A stretch of 64,000 nucleotides of DNA from positions 32,924,001-32,988,000 of the forward strand of contig NW_024704743.1 in assembly GCF_018977255.1 (NCBI RefSeq), written 5' to 3'. The position numbers and the translations under genes were made by a program. The notes under the pieces were generated by a model. It did not search any database, had not been told where the DNA came from, and saw only the letters and a program-made list of their open reading frames with translations. This DNA comes from Callorhinchus milii. Its lineage: Eukaryota. Positions 54,340 through 64,000 of the stretch are shown piece after piece. Each line of letters starts with the position of its first letter. Position 1 is the stretch's first letter.

Positions 54340-55307
54340 CTCCATGCAGCAAAAGGAAAGATCAGAAAATGAAGAGAGAGAAGACGTGATGAAAATGGGC
54401 TTTGTATTCCAGAAAAAAAGTGTAACCAGCATAAAAGAAAAGCAAAACACAACAGATGCACCGTTCTGTTTAACATTCAAAGCTTAGTGATTTTGCACTG
54501 CCACTGCACACAGAGCAACAATACATTATTATACAGAAGGACTGTTGACGAGGTTTGAGTAACAGCAGCAAATGTTTTTTTGAAAAATAATTCAAATTGC
54601 AAAGCATAGGATCAATAGATTTAAGGCATTTCATTATTAAGAATGTTAGCAAATACACACTGGCTGCTGGGTTCACCCACAAAAATACAGTCACTGCACT
54701 TTACAGTACATCTTGTGAAATGCTTTGGGACGTCCTCCTGAGGTGAAAGATACTATATCAAATGAAAGGATTATTATTATTGCACCAGACAATATTTAAA
54801 TGCTCATAGGAGTTTCATTGTACACAGAAGTAAAAAGAATGAGGTTAGAAAAAATGTTTTATACAAAGGATCGTTTGAACATGGAATACTTTACTGCAAT
54901 CGTCTGGCGAAGACATGTCCATAACAGGTTTTAAAAGGGAACTGACCAAATATTTGAAATAATTATTAAAGGGGATGGAGCAGGGAATGGGTTCAGAGCA
55001 GGTATTTCCAGAGGGAGGAGTGGGGGGGGGAGTTAGCACCAACATAGACACGATGGACCAAATGGCTTTCTTTTGTGCTCTAAATGGTATAAAATACAAA
55101 ATACAACTTTTTTCCCCACATGTTTCTTCCCTCAATCTCTCCTCTGCCCAAGAGGAAGAACAGATTGCTTGTTAAGGGGGCCTTTGCTGTGTTGACACTG
55201 GCTACATGAGTCACATGGATTGATGCACCTTTGCTGCAGTCAACTGAGCTCCTCTCAGTAATTCCTCGGAAAGTCTCGCTGAGATGAGAACACACTGTGT
55301 GAGGTAA

Positions 55308-55694
55308 TCACTTCAAGATCCTCACACTCGTATTCAAATCCATTCACTCTCTGGCACCTCCCTACCTCTCCGACCTCCTCACTCCCCAATCCAACACCCG
55401 GCACCTCCGCTCGACTGGCACCTGTCTCCTGCTCGTCCCTTGCACCCTGTGCCCCATCATCAGAGGTCGTGATTTTAGCCACTGTGCCCCAAAACTCTGG
55501 AACACTCTCCCTCAATCCCTCCGTCTTGCTCCCTCTCTCCCCTCTTTCAAGTCCCGCCTGAAAGCTTTCCTCTTTGACCGTGCTTACAGCCACCTCCCCC
55601 CTCCCCTTGGCTCGGAGTCAGGCTCTGCTACTGTTAAGCGCTCTGAGACGCTACGCTCCGTGGAGGACGCTGTATAAGTGCAAGTTGTTGTTGT
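55308..55694 (+). mobile_element. L2 3' fragment of the same subfamily as 51610-52000
   Basis: ORF2 C-terminus and tail caagttgttgttg. Confidence 0.88.
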
Positions 55695-56969
55695 ATCACA
55701 GGGCAGAAGCCAATCCTCCCACCCCGACACAGCCCAGAGCTCCATCAGAGCTAGTCACAGCAGCACAATCTGTACACCTCACAATTAATATTCAACATCG
55801 AATGATGTTCTATGCAATACTAATGTATTCTGTTCAAATTGCGGCCTGGTCCTGCCCATTATGCCCAGCATGTACTGAAAATCCAAAGGGAAATATGTTT
55901 AAATTTATTTTGAGTTGCTGTTAGTTTTTCATTGCTCAAAATTACATTAATTGTTTGCAAAAACAGGCATTTGAATATTAGTCATCTTGTGAGTTGACAT
56001 TTGCAAAGGAAATTGCAATGACTATTTTTGACAACAATTTTCCCCTCCTGAATTAACCGCATCTCTGGTAGGGCAGAATAACATTCACCCCCATCAAACC
56101 TTTGAACAGCTTTCAAAGATTCTGTCCTCAAGAGAAGAATATTACATTTTAAATAACATGATCCTCGCTAGTGGCGAAAGCAGATCTGCTCCAACACATG
56201 ATTTAGTCTAAGACACTCTAACATGAGATCCATCATCTTAACAGATGGCTCTCTTTTTCCTTATTGAAAAAGACATGTGCTCTTTTCCACCCCTTGGCAG
56301 GTAAATTAGATGATGCATTTTAAAACTGAAGGGCTTCAAATCATTGCCTCAAGGAACACAAACCTCCATTAAAGTGTCATGATGATCGAGAAAACTGAAT
56401 TGATTTTTAATGCAAAATAAGCGTTTGCTAATTTGGACTCTCAGGACACAAGCGATTGAACTGGCAGTTTCTTGTTCCTGTAGCTGACATGCAAATGATG
56501 AGCATTCATTTTCCAGTGCTCTGCAGTTGGTCCCTCATGCTTTCCAAACACATTCATAGTACTTCAGCTTTGAAGCCACTTTGGAAAACACATTAATTTA
56601 CCTCTGTAGCAAGCAAAATTATTATTTAAATCAAAAATGAATACTTTTTTTTGACATCTAGAGGTGATTGAAAGACTCAGGGTGACTTATTCATTCACTT
56701 GGTAAATGCAATAAATATGCAGTAAAGCTGGCTAAAGTAGGAATATGTCAAGAATGTTGTAAAACATGCAATTAGTCAACTTCAAACTATAATTCTTTCT
56801 ACACATTATACTGTCAGATTTGTACTGCTGCTGCTTTTATTGCTCATTCTCCCCCTTCATTTTCCCCCACTGGCATATGCCTTTTTGCTCCTGAGGTCTG
56901 GCCCCCTCTTGCTGGGCTGTGCTTCCACGAGCACTAGTTGCCCTCTGGTACCATGCCAAAGTGGTCATT

Positions 56970-57328
56970 ATGGAGTCCCATAATGTAGTGTAGTGAGGTG
57001 AGTACACTCGCCTCGCAAGCAAGAGGACCTGGGTTCGATTTTCTGGGTGAAACTTTAGGCAAGTTTCCTTGCTCTACAGTACCTCTGTTTACCTTGCAGC
57101 AAATAGGAATCCAGTTGGTGGTTGATTGGCAGATCGCTTCCTGGGGAGAATATCCCCCTCCTTTCCTCAAAAAAAGGTGGTCACTCAATCCATGGCTGTT
57201 TGTGGGACACTGCTGTGTGCAATTGGCTGCTGTGTTTTGGCCACAAAATACACTGTCAATTCACTTTACAATATATTCTGTGAAACGCTTTGAGATGTTT
57301 CAACGATGTGATAAGGCGCTATATCAAA
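56970..57328 (+). mobile_element. Older tRNA SINE, long subfamily
   Basis: Diverged head, body and tail. Confidence 0.82.
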
Positions 57329-57849
57329 GAGGTAGTGAGCTCCATAAGTGGTCCATAAGCTACAACTCTTTCCACTACAACAACAGGGCTAATGCCTTTA
57401 TACATGTTTGTTTATTCCCACCCCTCCTGCCCCATTTCTCATGATATCATCATTTCAGGAATGAATATGCCGAATACATTTACAATTATTTATTATGTTA
57501 GCACAAACTAACCCAGACCAAAGGGGTAAAAACTCAATAAAATATCAAAATACAGTATCACTTAGTTAATAATGAAAGCCATAAATACGACAAATCTAAT
57601 TTAATAAACATTATTTAAACATACTTGACATCCTAAAACTATTGCTAGATTTTTGCCCTCGGGGCAAATGAGGTGGAAGGTGAAAGAGATTAACAACTTA
57701 GATGTTAAACAAAATATTCAACAACATATCATTGGAAAGCAGTTTTGTTCTCAATGGACTTGTACTACTTTGTAACATTTGAGCCCTACTTTGACACTTT
57801 AGTCTTGTTCAGTCTTGCCAACCCTCAACCAAACATTTTACTATTTTAT

Positions 57850-58510
57850 CTTGGCTCCACTGGCTTCCCATCTCAGGCCGATCCTTGTTCTCACCTTCAA
57901 ATGTATCCATGGCTTTGCCCCACCCGACCTCTGCAACCCCCTTCAACCCTACCAACCCAGCAGCTGCTTTCGCTCAGCAAACACTGATCTGCTTCTTGTC
58001 CCCTTCGCCTTTTCCACTCCACCATCTGGGGAGGGGGTACTGCCCGCTATTCTTTCTTTGCTCTTTGAAACTCCATCTCCAAATCCCTCCAATTTGCTCT
58101 CTTCCTGCCCTCATTCAATGACTGTCTCAAGACATACCTTTTGACTGCTCTTTTGGTCATCTTTCCCCTCCCCACCCCCTTCGGCGCCCACCCTAAACTT
58201 GGGTGGCCAGGTAACAAAATCAAGCGCCTCAGAGAGTTAAACAGTGGCAAAGCCTGATGCCGAGCCAGAGAGAGGGGATCATAGGCACGGACATAGTGAA
58301 AGCTCTTCAAGCATGATCGTAAAACGGGAAATGAGGAGCCAAGGTGGAAGAATTGAGGGAGAGCGCTTCAAGGTTTCGGGGCGTAGTGGTTGAAAGCAAG
58401 GCCAGTAATGGTAGAGCAGAGGGGATGATGGACAAGCAGGAGGCCGGAACCCAATGAGCATAGGCAGCGGGTAGTGGAGTGGGGAGTAAGCAGGTCAGAG
58501 AGGTAGGGAA
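57850..58510. mobile_element. Two old L2 3' fragments in tail-to-tail orientation
   Basis: Plus-strand copy 57850-58200 and minus-strand copy 58215-58510. Confidence 0.7.
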
Positions 58511-61500
58511 GTGGCAAAAAGTGACGTGACTGTACATTTTGTGGGAAAACAGGGATCCGATCATGGCCAGCAACTCTTACATATCTCACCAGGGACCTGT
58601 AATAATAGTGGAGGCTGGGGGCAGACCACTTGCCCACTCTCTTGGACACAACTGCTTGGGCAGGAAAGAAAAGTTTTGTTAAATTAACCAAGTCCAGTCA
58701 CCTTGATTTACTTTTGAAAACAGCATGGTTCTCGATAGCACTTGATACTAACCACAGGCTGCGTCACCTTCAAACTCACTCACGACCTAGCTCACTTACC
58801 TCCTCCAATCTCACACAGTGTATTCACTGTGTAAAGTTGCTGCCTCCTCTACATCAGTGATACCAAATTGGGTAACTGCTTTACCAAGCAGTTCTGTTCG
58901 CTCTATAACGTGATCATGATCTCCCTGGAGATCACCATCTAAACTCACCCCCCTCCCCACTTTGACCACTATCTTTGGCTTTCTGCTGTAATGAAACCTA
59001 ATAGAAAGCAGCATCACCAATTTCTAGAGGATTCTTCATTCAGTGAGCCGTGAGCCAGAAAATCCAACCCCAAATCCTAATCATATACACTCACCAATGG
59101 TAGGTATCAGTGGAGACCTGCAGCTGAAGTACCTGATTTTGCTTTGCTAGCCCAGGAGCACTTGAGGCTAATTGTAACAACCTCAAGTAGCAAACTTCCT
59201 CTTTGATTGTGCCTTTGCTCGTTGAATGAAAGGATAGGAAATTGGAGGAGCAAAGGGTATACAACAACAACAGCTTTCATTTATATTGCAACTTCATGCA
59301 TGGTAGCGTCTCGGAGCAAAGGGTATAGTCAGGGGAGTAGGGTTCGGGGGTGGGGGAGGTGGTGTGGTGGGGCGGAAAGAGAAATTGGAAGGGATTTGCC
59401 AGGCAAAACAAGGATCTAAAAGGGTTGATCCACTGAGTTACTGGAAACCAGTGGAACTTGGAAAGGATTGGAGTGGTGGGAGTGCCGAGCTCCATGTGAG
59501 GGTAGAGAATGTGGATTGGAGTTTGCATGAAGCTTAATTATCATTGGGAATGTGTTGTCAATAATGCTTTTCCCATTAATATCTGACCTTCTCTACCATA
59601 GCTTTCCCTAAGGCCCACTCAGTCTGCCGTGCATTGCAACCACTGTTCAAAATTTCTCACAATTTGCTTAACTTAATCATAGTAATCAATGCATTATTTT
59701 CTCAAGCAATAAACCTAAGAAACACACACTTAAAGTATGCCCTTCCATGTTTACAAGTGCCATAAATTAAACCCCTAGAAGTCATGTAATTGCAGTCACC
59801 CATCAAAGAAGAATATTCTGTTGCCAATACACCTAGTTAATCAGGCTAAAAAGATCTGTTAACTTCCTGGAGAAGGGGAACAAAGAATTCTTTCCCCCCA
59901 GAGAGTAGTTGAGATTGCCTGAGAGTTTAGTGAACCATGAAAAATATTTTGAGATGACTCACAATCACCTGAGAAAATTCCTTTAGAATTTTTAGCATCT
60001 ACAACCTTCCCATTACTATTCCCATAAGGCGTTGAAAGGTTCTAGATTTACAGTTAACTTGAAATCAAACCCAAAACAAATTGTACACACAATCCACGCA
60101 ACACACCTCTGACTGAATTGTGTACATGAACCTTCATGATTAATGTCAATCTAAGCAGTTCTGTGCACGAGAATATGAGCGATCAGATTTCCAACCTTGA
60201 ATTACATGGGCAGCGGGTCCCCAAAGGCTAGGTGGGCATGCTTGGAATCAGGTTAATCCTCAGTGGTCATCTCGGTAGTCCAGTTACTGAGCCAGGCTGG
60301 ACCCCAGTAATCTAGGCACTGCTGATAACAGCACAGCAAGCCTAGCTCGTCAAAAGGACCTTGAAGGGCAGAGCAGTCACTGGGGGCAGGGAATCCTCCC
60401 ATTAAGCTTCTGTTAACCCTGCAAGCCAAAGCTCTGATGGGTAAGGTGGTCCTAGCTAGACAAGCAGCGAGAAAGCTTGCCAGTCAGTGCTATTGATGGC
60501 CAGCTACGTTGTTTTACTTAGTTAGATTACGGCAGTACTAAATGTACACGCTGTGTTTTCGAAGTTTTGCCAGCCTGTGCTTAATATCTCTGGAATTAGG
60601 TCATCAGGATGCATCCCTTCAGCTGCAGGTTCAATTTCAATACATGGGAATTTCCACGTATAGGTTAAATGAATGTAACTCTTAGTTTGGCTTGGATAAT
60701 CTAAGCATGTGTTAGATACCTGGCTGGCCAAAACAAATGGTTCTCTACATTGTATATCACCTTGCCTTGCCTTCAAAAAAACATATTGCTTTGATCCTGC
60801 CTTCGCTTGATGTCCACATTTCCTGAACAATTTAAGATTTCCAGAACTTTTATGTGAAATGTGCAATGTAAATGTAAGTAGTTGTTTTGACCACCTAAAT
60901 AGATTCTATGATAATAATGCTTGCATTTGATATACTATCATCACATCGTCGAGATGTCTCAAAATGATTTACAGGATTTTATGTAAAGTTGTGTCTGTGT
61001 ATTTTTAAGAAACACGAGAGCTATTTACATAACAGCAATATCTCACAGATTACCATGAAGTTAACAAATTTTATTTGGAGGATTGTATAAAACTAGTCAC
61101 AATTATATGGGCTGGGGGCACTTATCTCAACACTATGAAACTGAAAAGCCATAACAAGCCAGGTCACACATGCAAACAGTATTAAAATACCTTTCCCCAG
61201 ACAGCTCATTAAAAACATTAGCTGCATTATTCAGAGAAACAATTACTAAATATGCACTAATTTAGTCTTCAAATTCACTGTGATTATTACTGACAAGTCT
61301 CATTTATGTGGTGTTGCCACAGACACAACTTGCTAAGTACCCTTGTCCAACGAAAGTAGATTAAACCAATGTAAGATGTACTATAAAAGCAATCATTACC
61401 TCCAGGATTATTGTGCCGAAAAAAGTGTTACAAATCATTAAGCTCATTGTTTCAGAACCTTGTCCTTGGAGTGTAAGAGGAAGCTTACTTTCTCAGCTTC

Positions 61501-62004
61501 AGTTTCTAGTTCTGACTTCACCGCTAACCTGCTGAGATTCAGGATAAACCACACAAGCTCACCTTGAGATGACAAGGTTTCCCGTTGTTAGGAAAACCAC
61601 TGAAAAGCAACTGCGATAATCTGGTGAGGTGCCCACCTCCAGCATCTCTAAACTTATCTACTCTGAATACCTTTCAATTCTGCAGGACAAGGCTAATATA
61701 AATACACAGCCACTGCAAGTTCTCGACTTCCATTTTGTTTAGGTCCACAGAAGAATATCTGCTGACCAAGAGATTTACTCTTGCTCTCGTCACTGAAATG
61801 AATGAAGTCTCTTCAATGTGTGAATGCAACAAAAGGCACTGGGATTTGGGATTTTCCAATCAAAAATAGTTGCTAAAAACATTCTGTAAGTGATGCTCTT
61901 ACATGTTCACCACAAATGTCCTACAATAAAATACTGTTGACAGATTCACAGAGGCCAAAACAAAGATGTAATAAGCACGTACAAGTCTGTGTCTCAGACT
62001 TGCT

Positions 62005-62668
62005 GAACCATCCTGGCCTCTCTCTCTAACCCATTGAAGTGGTGCACAACCTTGGTGTTTTGACTGACCTTCAGTTCTCCTTTCTCCTTCACATCAGAAA
62101 AGTGATCCAAGACCGCTTTTCTGCATCTTTGCCATATTGCCCACCTCATTCTTCATCTCGCCTCCAATGCTGCCAGAACTCTCATTCGTGTCTTCTTCAC
62201 TTCCAGGTTGGACTTATCTAAAGGCCTCTTTCCCGGCTTCAGCTTATCCAAAGTTCTGCAACCTGCATTCTCACTCACACAAAATTGCACATACCCACCA
62301 TCTTATCCTAGCTCGGCTCCTCTATGTCCCAGTGAATCAAACTTAAGATGCTCACCATCACCTGCAAATCCCTTTATGCCCTCGGGTCTTCTGCAGTCTC
62401 AAGCTTCTGCTCACCCTCTCTGCTCAGAAAACGTGGACTTACTGCACAAGCCCCCACCCCAGGATCAGTGAGTGAGCTTTCAGTCATTATGGCTGCACTC
62501 TCTACCTCAACCCTTTTGTCTCACCACCTTTCTTCAAAAGCTGCCTAAAAACCTACCTCTTCAACCGTGCCTAAGGTCACCTCCCCCTCTCTCCCCTCCC
62601 TCCGCAATGACCTCCTCAAAAGCGCTCCAAGAAATTCCTGTACGTGAAGGACGCTATATAAATGTATG
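62005..62668 (+). mobile_element. Old L2 3' fragment
   Basis: Degenerate ORF2 3' sequence and tail cgtgaaggacgctatataaatg. Confidence 0.75.
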
Positions 62669-62830
62669 TTAATTTTGCCATTGTTCCGTCTTATTTCAAA
62701 ATCAACCTTTGAAAGACAAAATGCATTTCTGATAGAACAACATTTCTCCAAATGCACTGACTGTAAGCCTGTAAAAGAATCGGAATCGCTGCTAGCTGTA
62801 TGTGGAATAAAGTTATACTTTATGACCTAC

Positions 62831-62980
62831 CATGCAGGTATCCAGTTCCTCCAGCCGCTCCAGCTCCGTCAGCTCTTCCGCAGTAACTGTCGCTCGCTTT
62901 GTAGGCTTCTCCTCCAATACCTCGATTTCAATGGACTCCTGCTGTGGTAATGGCTTTCCACGCTTTGTCAGATGGTCAGC
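62831..62980 (-). CDS. CARMIL1: CARMIL1 exon: [50 protein letters not shown]
   Basis: caatag acceptor, ATG|gtaggt donor, 150 nt, phase 0-0. Similar to human '[21 protein letters not shown]...ERLEDLDTCM'. Upstream exons lie beyond the window. Confidence 0.95.
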
Positions 62981-64000
62981 CTATTGAGGGAAATGTGAGC
63001 AAAGGTGCGTCAAAGAACAATGGCAAACCAAACCATCTCTTTTAGTTGACTCTGTTCTGGTTGGGTCAGTCCATATGTTGTGCAGTCAATAATTACACGA
63101 GTCACCAACAGCCACAGTAACGCTTTTGTGTCATTTCGATGTGCTTTATCAAGAAGCCCCATGAAAGACCACCTTATTATTATTGCCACACACAGGAGCG
63201 AGATAATGGAGCACTGGCAAGAAAAGAGCACAGCAGGGAGCAAAGAAACATTTTCAAAGGTAATGGTGCAAGGGACAATTTTATTCCTTCAGGTAGTTCT
63301 ATGCACAATACTTAAATAATCATTATTTGTACTCACAAAGCCAAACTTGCAATTTAATTAGATAGCATTTGCTACACAAATGCTAATGATCTGTATCTAT
63401 TGGGAATCAATTGATCCCTGAGGGAACGTTTTCTCTAAAAGTTCTTAATGAAGCAATTATGATTTATAAAGGCAATATTTTGGAAGTCCATTATCCTTAC
63501 CCCAATCACCAAGAAAATGAATGAAAATTGCAGCTTTCAGGATATTGCAATTATAATTGCTACTTTTTCAAGAAACAAACAAAAGTGCAGCTATTGTGTT
63601 TAGCAATCTGGAGCATTAAACCACCTTTCTAAACCTGCCAATTTAGTTTTTCTCCCCTGAAAGCTACTACAGAAGCACTCAAATTGGTTCACCAGCAAAT
63701 GAAAATGAGTTGATTTTTTTTCTGTAGGGAACAAGTAGCAGGGTTGAGTGGCAACTTGAAAATAAGACTGTCAAGTTTGTTTGGACCATTTCCCATTGGG
63801 AGTCTTGGATCAATTTTTCCAACACTTTTGAAATTTGACCTTTGATCAACAGCCAGTCCATTGCGTGCATGGTGGTGGTGGTGGTGGTGGTGATGGGGGC
63901 GGGGGAAGAAGAGTTCATATTGAGATAGATATCACAAGGGCACAAACTGGATATTTGGATTAGGGCTGACTACTTCCTCCTAAACCCAACACCTGCAGGA

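Noticed and set aside
58795..59020. Protein-like minus-strand ORF near a strong GAG|gtaagt donor
   Set aside because: The long frame stops before the donor, a second frame I checked also has a stop, and the peptide shows no similarity to CARMIL1.

Overview
Vertebrate genomic DNA, AT-rich and dense in retroposons. The repeat set (tRNA-derived SINEs with a Deu-like domain, L2 and CR1 LINEs) suggests a cartilaginous fish, possibly a chimaera; that assignment is inference. Two protein-coding genes lie on the minus strand in the same order as at human 6p22. The 3' part of CARMIL1/LRRC16A spans nine canonical coding exons (62980 down to the stop at 23422), and the first two coding exons of secretagogin (SCGN) lie at 8279-8207 and 5755-5685. 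I rebuilt the exons by hand from AG/GT boundaries and phase continuity, comparing with the human proteins from memory. Nearly all ORFs in the supplied track are spurious or LINE fragments. I found no new multi-gene system. The best observations are: an 18-nt frame-preserving CARMIL1 microexon with SRRM3/4- and Rbfox-type signals; an alternative terminal exon; a candidate 45-nt cassette exon; a 1-nt frameshift in a conserved CARMIL1 exon (probably an assembly error); SINE subfamilies that swap 3' tails to match a co-resident L2; and templated duplications at LINE junctions. Repeat coordinates are approximate.
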